A stretch of 64,000 bases of DNA from an uncultured delta proteobacterium (GTDB taxonomy: Bacteria; Desulfobacterota; Desulfomonilia; UBA1062), in the NCBI GenBank assembly GCA_963785235.1, contig CAWAUM010000005.1:128001-192000 (forward strand), in the 5' to 3' direction. Of the stretch, positions 12,758-23,391 are shown piece after piece (position 1 is the first letter of the stretch; every line of letters begins with the position of its first letter). Position numbers and translations under genes: made by a program. The notes under the pieces were generated by a model, which saw only the letters and a program-made list of their open reading frames with translations, ran no database searches and was not told the origin of the DNA.

Positions 12758-14908
12758 TCACCCCAGTATCCCGGTCTCGGTTGAAGTCGCGCTGGCTGCG
12801 GGCATATAGAAGCGCTCCGCATAGTCCTTGACCATGCGGTCTGCAATGAAGCGCCAGCCAAGGGTCTGCATGGCGTGCTTCATGCGTTTGACCCACTGGG
12901 AGGGGATGCCGTGGATGTCCCGCTGGTAGTAGAGCGGGATCACTTCCTTTTCAAGTGTCTCATAGAGATATCCGGCATCCCTTGTATTCTGTACGGCCAG
13001 GTCGTTGTGCATGCCTCCGTGGCCGATGGCAAAACCGTTTTTGCCGTCGTACGCCTCGTTCCACCACCCGTCCAGCACCGACAGGTTGAGGCCGCCGTTC
13101 AGGACGATCTTCTCCCCGCTGGTGCCGCATGCCTCAAGCGGTCTGCGCGGGGTGTTCAGCCACACATCCACCCCCTGTACCAGGTGGCGTGCAACGTTGT
13201 AGTCATAGTTCTCCACGAACACGATGCTGCTCCTGTAGTTTTTGGTGTAGCTGAGCTGGGCGATCTTCTGCAGGAGCAGTTTGCCCTCGTTATCCATGGG
13301 GTGGGCCTTGCCTGCGAAGATGATCTGGATGGGGCGGCGGGAGTCATTGATCAACTTGGTAAGGCGCTCCATGTCCGAGAGGATCAGGTCTCCGCGTTTA
13401 TAGGTGGCAAACCTGCGTGCGCAGCCTATGGTCAGCACATCCGGATCCAGGATGTGTTCGACCTGTTTGGCCATATCAAGGTCTCCTCTGCGCTCGGCCT
13501 GTTTGAGTAAGCGACGCCTTACAAAACGGATGAGCCGCATCTTCAGGCTCTGATGAGTCTCCCACAGCTCCCCGTCTTCGATGTCTTCCACACTCTCCCA
13601 GATATCCGGGTGCACCATGCGCGTGGCCCAGTCCTGGCCGAGGCGCGTCTGGAACAGCTGGTACATCTGGGGAGCCAGCCAGGACAAGACATGCACCCCG
13701 TTGGTGATGTGGCCGATAGGCACCTCCGCCTCTGGCCGCTCCGGCCAGAGGCTGTTCCACATGAGGCGGCTCACTGTCCCGTGGATGGCCGAGACACCGT
13801 TTGCATGACGGCAGCTCTTCAGGGCCAGCACGGTCATGCAGAAGGTTTCAGTCTTATTGCCGGGATCGACGCGGCCAAGGGCCATGAAATCATCATGGGA
13901 CAGCCCCAGCCTCTCCCGGAAGAGGCCGAGGTGCTCTTCAATCAGCTCAGGCGAGAAGCGGTCATGGCCTGCAGCAACAGGGGTATGCGTGGTAAAGACG
14001 GTATACAGAGACACACGCCGGTGTGCGCGCTTGAATGGGATCTGGTCATACTCCATGATCCGGCGCACCTCTTCAAGGATGGCAAAGGAGCTGTGTCCTT
14101 CATTCAGGTGGAGCACACCGGGGAAGATGTTCAGACCCTGAAGGATGCGGGCACCACCGATACCCAGCAGAAGTTCCTGCCGGATACGCAGTTTATTGTC
14201 GCCGCCATAGAGACGGCGAGGTCAATTCCCGGTCTTCGGTGGAATTGCCTTCTATGTTGGAGTCAAGGAGCATCAGTCGGATGCGTCCCACCTGAATCTG
14301 CCAGACGCGGGCCAGCAGGGGTGTACTCCTGGTATCCACCCGTACGATCAATGGCTGCCCGATGGAGTCCATGACCGGCTGCAATGGAAGCTTGGCTAAC
14401 ATCGAGGTTGACATACTCTTCTTCCTGCCACCCTTCCTTGTTCAGACGCTGGGTGAAATAGCCCTGCTGGTAGAGAAGCCCGATCCCGATCAGGGGGATC
14501 CCCAGGTCAGAGGCGCTTTTCAGATGGTCACCCGCCAGGATGCCCAGGCCCCCGGAATAGATCTGCAGGGATTCATGCAGGCCGAATTCGGCAGAGAAAT
14601 AGACCACCGGCCGGTTGTTCAGATTGCCGCAGTGAATGGCGCCCCAGGTCTTCTGCAGCTCGATATATTCATTGAGCCTGCCTGAATGCATAGTTTATAC
14701 GGCTGTGGAGCACCAGTTCAGAGGCGCGTTCCTCGACCTGAGCAGGGGTGATCTGATTCATGAAGGCAACCGGGTTATGTTCGACCTGTCGCCAGATATG
14801 GGGGTCCAGGTCGGTGAAGATGCTTATGACCTCTGGATGCCATGTCCACCAGAGGTTATCGGCCAGTGCCCGGAGACGTTTATGAAGATTGATGTTCATG
14901 TCTGTCAT
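12758..14908 (-). CDS. glgP: Alpha-glucan (glycogen/maltodextrin) phosphorylase, copy 1 (frameshifts in the 5' third)
   Basis: [50 protein letters not shown] motif EACGTSGEK. Confidence 0.93.
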
Positions 14909-15046
14909 AGGTAAACCCCTCAAAAGTTTAGTGTGTAGAGAATCTGCCAAGACAATTGTAAAACCATAGGTAATATTTATCATTAATATTCTATTACAGG
15001 AAACGGTAAAATATAATATATTCAGTATTCATCACCGCCAAAGAGT

Positions 15047-15292
15047 GTGATAATAAATGCTTCCATGATTGAAAAAATCCCTTTCATGCACCGGGGCAAG
15101 ACGTATAACATCATCGTAGAGGACGACATCTCTTTTGCGGCCCTGCATTCCATCCTGGACGACCTCATGAGGCAGGGTGCATTCCCGGCAGAGGAAGGAT
15201 GTGCAGAACTTTATCAAGTGACCCACGAAGAGTTGTGTTACACGATCGGTATTGACGGCATTGATGTCATTATCTCGGTGAGCGCGATGTGA
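15047..15292 (+). CDS. Hypothetical protein
   Basis: Acidic 81-aa ORF ending 3 nt before the next gene; start may be ATG 15066. Confidence 0.6.
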   Translation: MIINASMIEKIPFMHRGKTYNIIVEDDISFAALHSILDDLMRQGAFPAEEGCAELYQVTHEELCYTIGIDGIDVIISVSAM

Positions 15293-15295
15293 TCC

Positions 15296-16097
15296 ATGGT
15301 CGATACCCACCTGTGCCAGCCTGATGCCACAAAATCATGCGCTGCCTGCTGCGGAATCTATAATTACGTGGACAACACCAGGGACTCCCTGGAAAAACGC
15401 TTTGAATCCCGCACGCAACTTTTCTCCAGGGTAAGGGAAAACACGCTTCCCATAGAAGACTATCAGGCCATTATCCGTCACAAGGAGAACCCCAAGCGCA
15501 TCTATGCCACCATCTATACCTGCGAGTTCGTGGGTTTTCTGGATGATGGCTTCAAACGGGTAGGGTGCATGCTCCATCCTCTGATGAATCACGGGGAAGA
15601 CCTGCGAGTGATAAGTTTTTACGGTAGGGATATCTGTGAAGGCCACTTCTGCCCCAGCTACCAGAAGCTCGATGCACATGAGGCGCACATCCTCCTGGCA
15701 GCCCTTGATGACTGGTACCTCTACGGCAGCGCCATTACGGATATCGACTTTGTGAAAAGCTTTTTCAAAATCATCCAGGACCGTCTTGGCGAGACACTGG
15801 ACGTGAAGAAAGGTCCGGTCCACACCTGCACTCCTTGACATTATCAGACGCTATTGCGGCCTGAAGGTATCCTGGCCGTTTCGGGATACTCTCAGGCCCC
15901 GGTTCGGAAAGTATTACTTCGTGGGTGAGGAGTATGATATTGCCCGCATCGACTATGCATCGCTTTCTGCCCCTGTCTCTGTCTATGACGCCATCTTTGT
16001 GAGCCTGTCCTCCCGGTTTAAAAGCAAGGTTGAGCTGGACAAGGCCGCACGGATGATAGATGCTCTCATGGAGGAGTTCTGCCTTGGATACAGCTGA
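15296..16097 (+). CDS. Cys-rich putative Fe-S/Zn protein (frameshift near 15810)
   Basis: LCQP..SCAACCG, YTCEF, GCMLHP, ICEGHFCP; a shifted frame continues KVRSTPALL...FCLGYS* to 16097, overlapping the nadC start. Confidence 0.7.
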
Positions 16098-16915
16098 GCT
16101 GATGGATGATATCATTCAACTGGCGCTGGATGAGGATGGAAGGGACATCACCACCGAGGCCATCTTCTCCGAGGAAAACTCTCTGCAGGCCGTCATGAAG
16201 GCAAAGGCGGACGGCATCATAGCGGGCGTACAGGTGGCCGGAAGGGTCTTTACCCTGGTAGACCCCGGCATTACCTGCAAATTCGAGGTGCACGACGGAC
16301 AATCCGTGGTTGCAGGCGCTACGATCGCTGTTATCACAGGCCCTGCAAGGGGCATACTCAAGGCGGAACGGGTGGCGCTCAATTTTTTGCAGCGCATGAG
16401 CGGCATTGCCACCAGAACTGCAGTATATGTGAAAAGGCTTGAGGGCACCAAGGCCCGCATCCTGGACACCCGCAAGACCTCACCGGGACAGCGCGTGCTC
16501 GATAAGATGGCCGTGCGGCTCGGAGGCGGAAACAATCACCGCATGGGGCTCTTTGACATGGCGCTCATCAAGGACAACCACATCGATGCGAGCAGGGTCC
16601 ATTACAGAGGCGGTGAACAGGGTCAGAAAGGCTTCCCCCGGTGTTGCCATTGAGGTGGAGGCCAGGAATCTTGATGACGTGAGGACTCTGCTGGGACTGG
16701 ATGTTGACAGGATCATGCTGGATAACTTTTCCATCAAAGACATGGAACAGGCAGTTTATCTTGTACATGGCCGCATCCCGCTGGAGGCCTCGGGAGGCAT
16801 AACGCTGGAGACCATCCGGGCAGTGGCCCTGACCGGGGTGGATTATATCTCAGTGGGCGAGATCACCCACTCGGTCAAGGCCCTTGATATATCCATGATC
16901 ATCGAGGTGGAATAA
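16084..16915 (+). CDS. nadC: Nicotinate-nucleotide pyrophosphorylase (frameshift near 16590)
   Basis: ERVALNFLQRMSGIAT, LDTRKT, HRMGLFD, IKDNH, then IEVEA, IMLDNF, EASGGI; TTG start after GGAGGAG. Confidence 0.95.
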
Positions 16916-17949
16916 TGACGGACCAAGAGGCTCGCGATATCATAATCAAGGTGAAACAGGACCTGGGCAGCAGGCTCGTCATCCTGGGCCACCACTACCA
17001 GAAAGACGAGATCATCGCGTTCGCTGATTATGTGGGGGACTCTCTGGAGCTTGCCAGGAAGGCCTCGCAGATTGAAGCAGCCGAGTACATCATGCTCTGC
17101 GGGGTGTACTTCATGGCCGAAACGGCTGCCATCCTGGCGCCTGCGAAATCCGTGTTTATCCCGGAAAGGGCGGCAGGCTGCCCCCTGGCTGACATGGCGA
17201 AGATGGATGATGTGAACACTGCCTGGGATGTCATCACGCGTATAATTCCCGAAGTGATACCCGTCACCTATGTAAATTCCTCGGCCGAGCTCAAGGCCTT
17301 TTGCGGCAGGAACGAAGGTGCGGTCTGCACCTCGGCCAATGCAAAAAAGGTTGTGACCTGGGCCCTGGAAAAAGGCACAAAAGTGCTTTTCATGCCTGAT
17401 ATGAATCTTGGCAGGAACACGGCCCGGACGATGGGTATCCTCGATGAAGAGATAGCAACCTGGGACCCTGATCTGCCGGGTGGGGGGCTCCAGACAGCCG
17501 AGGTAATAAGGGCGCGGATGATCCTGTGGAAGGGCTGGTGCCCGGTGCATTGCCCGGTGTTCACCGTGACGGATGTGGAAAGGGTGCGTGCACTTTACCC
17601 CGGCATCTCCATCATGGTGCACCCGGAGACAGACCCGGCAACGGTCAAGGCGGCCGCGTCATCGGGTTCCACCTCCCAGATGCTTGAATATATTGCATCC
17701 ATGCCCATAGGGGGGCGCCTGGCAATGGGGACCGAGGCAAACATGGTCCTGCGTGCTGCAAAAAAGAATGCCGGCCGTGTTGAGATTATCCCCTTAAAAG
17801 AGGTATACTGTGACGATATGGCCAAGATTACGCTTTCAAAACTGGCCGTGTCATTGACGGGCATGACGAAAGGGCAGGGCAGGGTCGAGCTGCCTGCTGC
17901 CGTCGCGGCAGAGGCCAAAAAGGCACTGGATGCCATGTTGAGGATATAG
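16915..17949 (+). CDS. nadA: Quinolinate synthase
   Basis: ILGHHYQ, GDSLEL, CGVYFMAE, GCPLAD, YVNSSA, CTSANA, WCPVH, YCDDM (three Fe-S Cys). Confidence 0.96.
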   Translation: MTDQEARDIIIKVKQDLGSRLVILGHHYQKDEIIAFADYVGDSLELARKASQIEAAEYIMLCGVYFMAETAAILAPAKSVFIPERAAGCPLADMAKMDDVNTAWDVITRIIPEVIPVTYVNSSAELKAFCGRNEGAVCTSANAKKVVTWALEKGTKVLFMPDMNLGRNTARTMGILDEEIATWDPDLPGGGLQTAEVIRARMILWKGWCPVHCPVFTVTDVERVRALYPGISIMVHPETDPATVKAAASSGSTSQMLEYIASMPIGGRLAMGTEANMVLRAAKKNAGRVEIIPLKEVYCDDMAKITLSKLAVSLTGMTKGQGRVELPAAVAAEAKKALDAMLRI

Positions 17950-17951
17950 CC

Positions 17952-19584
17952 ATGGGCACCAAACGCAAAGAGACCGAATGCCTTGTCATCGGCACGGGTA
18001 TTGCGGGCACAACGTGCGCGCTCATGGCTGCCAAGATGGGTATCAAGGTCTGCCTTATCACCAAGCGTTCCGACATCTATGCCACCAACACCAACCGGGC
18101 CCAGGGGGGCATCGTATACAAGGGCAGCGGCGATTCTCCAAAGTTGCTCGTGGACGACATCATGCGGGCAGGCAGGGATATCAACTCGGTCGAGGCCGTG
18201 GAATTCCTGGCCACCAGGGGGCCCGACGTCGTCAAGGAGATGCTCATCGACGAGCTCAAGGTGGACTTCACCCACCTTACCGGTGCAAGGGACGAGGATT
18301 TCGACCTGACCCGGGAGGGGGCGCACTCGGTCAACCGCATCCTCTACTCGGCAGACAACACCGGAGAGGTCATCGAAAAGGCACTTATCAAGGCGGTGAA
18401 GGCGCACCCCAATGTGGAGATCATCACCGAGGCCACTGCCATCGACCTTATAACCCTCCACCATCACTCTAAGGACATACAGGCATCCTACCAGCTGGAC
18501 AACCGCTGCCTTGGTGCATATGTATTCCGGAACCGGAAGAAGGAAGTCATGGCCATCCTGGCCCAGAACACCGTGCTGGCCACGGGCGGCCTCGGGGACA
18601 TCTACCTGCACACCACCAACGAGAAGGGCACGGTGGGCGACGGCATGGTCATGGCACAGCGCGCAGGAGCCCGCATGATCAACATGGAGTTCATGCAGTT
18701 TCACCCCACCACGCTCTACATTCCAGGGGCAAGGAGGTTCCTCATCTCGGAGGCGGTTCGCGGCGAGGGTGCCACGGCTCAAAAATCTTCGAGGCGAATA
18801 TTTCATGGAGCGCTACAATCCCGAGCTCAAGGACCTGGCTCCCAGGGACGAGGTGGCCCGCGCCATCTGGGAGGAGATGCTCCACAATTCCGAGGACCAT
18901 GTCCTGCTTGATGTTGCAAATTATGTCCATGAGGATATTCCAACCCGGTTCCCGACCATCTATGCCACCTGCAAAGAAGCAGGTATTGACATCACCAGGG
19001 AGCCTGTGCCCGTAGTACCTGCAGCCCATTATTTCTGCGGAGGGGCGCACGTGGACATACGGGGCCGGACATCCCTGAAGGGACTCCACGCAGTGGGAGA
19101 GGTCTCCTGCACCGGGCTCCACGGCGCCAACCGGCTTGCCTCCACCTCGCTGCTCGAGGGCCTCACCTGGGGATACTATGCGGCCATCGATATCACGGAG
19201 CGGATCAATGCAGGCAAGACCGTGAGTCCGTCCGTGCTCGGCTCGGCCCGTGACTGGATCCCTGCGGGCAACATTGAAAATGAAGATCCGGCTCTCATCG
19301 CCCAGGACTGGATGGCCATCAAGAACACCATGTGGAATTATGTGGGCATTGTACGGACACCGCCCAGGCTTAAGCGCGCCATTGAAGACATGCGGCACAT
19401 GTACCTGAGGATCGAGGAGTTCTACAAGGAGACCCCGGTATCCAAAGACATCATCAGCCTGTTCCAGGGCACCCAGTCGGCCATCATGGTGGCAGAGGCC
19501 GCCTTAAGAAACCGCACCTCCATCGGGTGCCATTACATAGCACCCTCGCGGGGATTGGAAGGCAATTTTCCGGCGATCAGGTAG
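17952..19584 (+). CDS. nadB: L-aspartate oxidase (frameshift near 18780)
   Basis: VIGTGIAG, AQGGI, REGAHS, MEFMQFHPT, LISEAVRGEG, LAPRD, PAAHYFCGG, GLHGANRLASTSLLE. Confidence 0.95.
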
Positions 19585-19687
19585 TGTCAAAGGTAGACAT
19601 GGGCGATCCTGGCTCTGTAATAACCATTGGCATTGGCATATTATCATGCTCCGGCTGCATAGCGTGTTTCAACCTTAGACATTCAGT

Positions 19688-20533
19688 TTACTCCCTCCGG
19701 TGTGCGGTGATAATAGAAGCTATTATTACCGCCAGTACAATTATTCCGCCCCCTATAAGTGCATGAGAGCCCGGGGCTTCCCCTATTGCAAAGAACACCC
19801 ATACGGGATTAAATACTGGCTCGATGACTGCTATGAGATTTGCTTGAACCGCAGAAACGCGTTTGATCGCAATGGAAAATAAAATCGCCGACAGGCCGAT
19901 CTGAACAACTCCCAGCACCGCGATGGCGCCAATCGATTTCATTGTTATACACGGCAATGGAAGAAAAATCGATATGATGAAACAGACCCCTGCCGTAAGC
20001 CAATGGGAGAGAAGGATCGATTCAAGCGGGGATTCGTCTTTCTGCATACGCATGAACACAAAATAGAAACTGAAGGTTATGGCCGACATGATCGCAAGGA
20101 CATTACCGAACAGTTTTCCCCCGCCGAGTTTGTCAAAAAACATGAAGACCATACCTGCCACAACCAGAGGGATTGCCGCGTAATGCTCCGCATGTGTTTT
20201 CTCCCTCAGTAAGATGGCACCGATAAAGGCAGTGAACACCGGGGCGCAATATTGAAGCAGAATCGCGTTGGCCGCAGTTGTAGTTTTATTGGCGGATACA
20301 AAAAGGAGCATGGTCACCGCATTGGCTACAGCAGCGGCAATCTGTGGGAATGAAAGATGAATCCTGGGATGCCTTAAATAGATGTAAATGACGATCGATG
20401 CAATGAAGCTGCGCATGCCTGCTATTGCAATGGGGTTCCAATCCATTATCTTGATAAACAGACCCGCACTGCTCCAGAGAAATGCCGTAACGGCCATTGC
20501 CAGAATGCCCATACTTTTATATGAATTCACCAT
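19688..20533 (-). CDS. DMT/EamA family transporter
   Basis: About 10 TM segments in two EamA-like repeats; ANAILLQY.AP, IEPVFNPVWV. Confidence 0.88.
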   Translation of the reverse strand: MVNSYKSMGILAMAVTAFLWSSAGLFIKIMDWNPIAIAGMRSFIASIVIYIYLRHPRIHLSFPQIAAAVANAVTMLLFVSANKTTTAANAILLQYCAPVFTAFIGAILLREKTHAEHYAAIPLVVAGMVFMFFDKLGGGKLFGNVLAIMSAITFSFYFVFMRMQKDESPLESILLSHWLTAGVCFIISIFLPLPCITMKSIGAIAVLGVVQIGLSAILFSIAIKRVSAVQANLIAVIEPVFNPVWVFFAIGEAPGSHALIGGGIIVLAVIIASIITAHRRE

Positions 20534-20721
20534 TCAATATCCCATATGAACCCGGCATTGATGAAGGGCATGAATGCTGTGGCAAGGAGCAGCAGGACAA
20601 ACAGGGCAATAAGAGCGTGATGAACAGGGACGATGGTGTATTCGAGGGCATGCGCATCCGTGCTCAGGAAGGAGATAATGAGCGGGATAAAAGCCGCCTG
20701 TGCCATGCATGTCTTTCTCAT
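20527..20721 (-). CDS. Possible small membrane protein
   Basis: Signal-like segment ending AHA plus one TM helix; stop overlaps the DMT start (ATGGTGA); weak RBS, start uncertain. Confidence 0.3.
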   Translation of the reverse strand: MRKTCMAQAAFIPLIISFLSTDAHALEYTIVPVHHALIALFVLLLLATAFMPFINAGFIWDIEW

Positions 20722-20879
20722 CTTGAGCATCCAGCAACTCGATCCGTATGGAATAATCTTCTCAACCATCACAGAGCATAAAACCCAAACGGTGTCCCTC
20801 GTTTAAGAGGGTTGCACCTCGGCTCCCCATTGTCCTGTGTCCTGTGCAGTGGATATAAAGAACCAGTTCCCGGCTGGAG

Positions 20880-21869
20880 TTACCTGACGAGACCTTCGGG
20901 CGTGTGCCCCATCAGGATGTCTCTGGCCTGCCGGACCACGGAATCGGAGAGGCGGTCCCCCGCTTCTCTGCTCAAGGCACCCAGGTGGGGAGAGAGGATC
21001 ACATTCTCCATTCCGGTCAGGGGATGACCGGGACTCAGGGGTTCACGGGTGAATACATCCAGTGCGGCCCCCTCGATCCGGCCTTGCTGCAATGCCTCGA
21101 GGAGGGCCTCTTCATCGATCACCCTTCCACGGGACGTGTTCACCAGGATCATGCCAGGTTTCATCATTGCCAGGGCGCGTGAATCGATAAAATTTTCCGT
21201 GTCTTTAGTAAGTGGAATATGGATGGTGACTATGTCCGAACGAGACAACAGCCCGGGCAGATCAACCGTTTTCACTTCCAGGGCGACACACTGCTCAGGA
21301 CTCATGAACGGATCATGCCCGATTATTTCCATGTCAAAGCCCCTGGCGATCCCTGCTACTCTCGATCCGATCTGGCCCAGGCCGATAATGCCAAGGGTCT
21401 TTCTCCATAACTCTCTGCCGGATGCCCATTCGGGCAAAGCCCTTCCTGCCTGTGCCCAATCCCCTGATCTCACCCACAAGTCGGCCTTGTGGATTCGCCT
21501 CAAAAGACAGAGCATCAGGGCGAAGGTCAGCTCGGCAACAGACTGGGCATTCTGGCCCCGGCAGTTGCATACCTGAACGCCGCCTTTCTTCATGGCCCCC
21601 ACATCGATGTGGTCGTACCCGGCCCCATAGGCGATCACCCCCTTCAGGGCAGGCGCTGCCCTCAAAACCGCATCATTCACCGGAACATACTCGGAGACGA
21701 TGAACTGGACCGATGATGATCCCCGGATCTTGTCCGAGAGGTCTTCGGCATTCTTCGCGTCGGCAAAGGCATAGCCCCCCAGGCCGGAGAGTTCGGCAAG
21801 GGCCTTTTCAGACATGTAGAACCGGTCGGCAAAGACGACCGCAGCGGAAGATACACTATGAGCGTTCAT
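20880..21869 (-). CDS. D-isomer-specific 2-hydroxyacid dehydrogenase (hydroxypyruvate reductase/SerA-like)
   Basis: GAGYDHID, GIIGLGQIG, VNTSRG, LDVFTREP, SPHLGA (Arg/Glu/His catalytic set intact). Confidence 0.92.
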   Translation of the reverse strand: MNAHSVSSAAVVFADRFYMSEKALAELSGLGGYAFADAKNAEDLSDKIRGSSSVQFIVSEYVPVNDAVLRAAPALKGVIAYGAGYDHIDVGAMKKGGVQVCNCRGQNAQSVAELTFALMLCLLRRIHKADLWVRSGDWAQAGRALPEWASGRELWRKTLGIIGLGQIGSRVAGIARGFDMEIIGHDPFMSPEQCVALEVKTVDLPGLLSRSDIVTIHIPLTKDTENFIDSRALAMMKPGMILVNTSRGRVIDEEALLEALQQGRIEGAALDVFTREPLSPGHPLTGMENVILSPHLGALSREAGDRLSDSVVRQARDILMGHTPEGLVR

Positions 21870-21884
21870 CACTGGACTGAGAGC

Positions 21885-23239
21885 CTACATGACCAGCATC
21901 AGCTTGATGTCGTTCACGTTGGTGCCGGTGGCCCCGGTGATGACGGCATCACCCAGCTTTTGCAGCACAGGGGTCACGTCGTGACTCCTGAGCGCGGCAT
22001 AGATGTCTATCCCCAGAGCCCTCGCACGTTCGAGCGTGAAGTTGTCCACAACCCCGCCGGCAACGTCCGTGGGACCATCGGTCCCGTCCGAGTCCTGCCC
22101 GACGATGACCACATCGCCGATTCCATCGATCCAGAGTGCGGCCCCCAGCGAGAACTCCTGGTTCGGCCCTCCCTTTCCCGCTTCGCCCGTGATCCTCACC
22201 GTGGTTTCCCCGCCGCCGATGATCGCACATGGAGGCTTCAAAGGACGCCGGTTCAGGAGGATCTCCTTGGCAATGGCTGCAAAGGTGCTCCAAGTTCCCT
22301 GCTTTCCCCCTCCAGCATGGTGGAGAGGATCATGGTCTCGAAGTTCAGCTCCCTGGCCTTTTCGGCAGCGCCCTCACAGGCCGCGGTACCGGCAACGATA
22401 ATGAAGTTGTCCATATTGTGGTCCGAGAGGTCCTTGGGTGTCTCCTGGGCCGGGCCTCCTTCCTTCAGATACCGGCTTACCGAGGCCGGGACCTTGTCCC
22501 AGAGTTCGTATTTGGTGAGCGTCCTGCGTGCATCGTCAAAGCTCGACGTGTCGGGCACCGTGGGACAGGTGATGTAGTCCAGCGGATCGCCGATCACATC
22601 TGAAACCGTGAGGTTGATGAGATGGGCCTGGGGATGGATGGCCTTGGCAAGCCACCCTCCTTTGATCCGGCTCAGGTGCTTGCGCACCGCATTGATCTCG
22701 ATGATATTGGCGCTGCAGGTCAGAAGCAGCTTGTTAACCAGCTTTTTTTCATCCAGACTGACCCCTTCGACCGGATAGGGCATGAGTGCCGAGCTCCCAC
22801 CGGTGATGCCTGCAAACACGATGTCTCCCGGCAGGGTCTTTCGGGCCAGAGCCAGCGCCTCCCCGGCTGCCTTGTATCCGGCCTCGTCGGGAATGGGGTG
22901 GCTTGAAAAGTAGAGCCGGGAGCGCCTCAGGGCGCCTTCCTGGCCGTATTTGCAGATGATCACCCCGTCTTCTATCCGGTCTCCCAGGATATCTTCCAGC
23001 GCTTTTGCGATGGGGTAGGTTGCCTTGCCGGTGCCAAGGAGGAAGAGCCTTCCCTGCTTCTTCAGATCAAGGCGTATCTCGCCCACCTGCAGGATATCCC
23101 CCGTGAGGTGGACCAGGTCTTTTACTGCCTTGTAGGGATCGGCCTTGGCGAGCGCATGATCCACAATGTCAAATGCTATTCTGCGTAGCCGCTCGTTGCC
23201 GTGCGCCAGCAGCGTATCCAGGTTTCTGATATAGCTCAT
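21885..23239 (-). CDS. Glycerate 2-kinase family (TtuD/MOFRL) (frameshift near 22290)
   Basis: GTGKA, SHPIPDE, ITGGSSAL, INAVRKHLSRIKGG, SDVIGD, GGETTV, GGPNQE, DGTDG, TGTNVND. Confidence 0.93.
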
Positions 23240-23391
23240 GAGTTGACCCTCCTGACGTTCCCCGTGCCCGGTAAGGGGCACGGGGTTGGATCTGCTCTCG
23301 TGCACTGCAGGGGAATTACAGGGACGGATACGGTGATCCACAGGGGTGTGGTCTCCCCGTAATACCCCTCTTTATCGTGTCTCCCATATCA

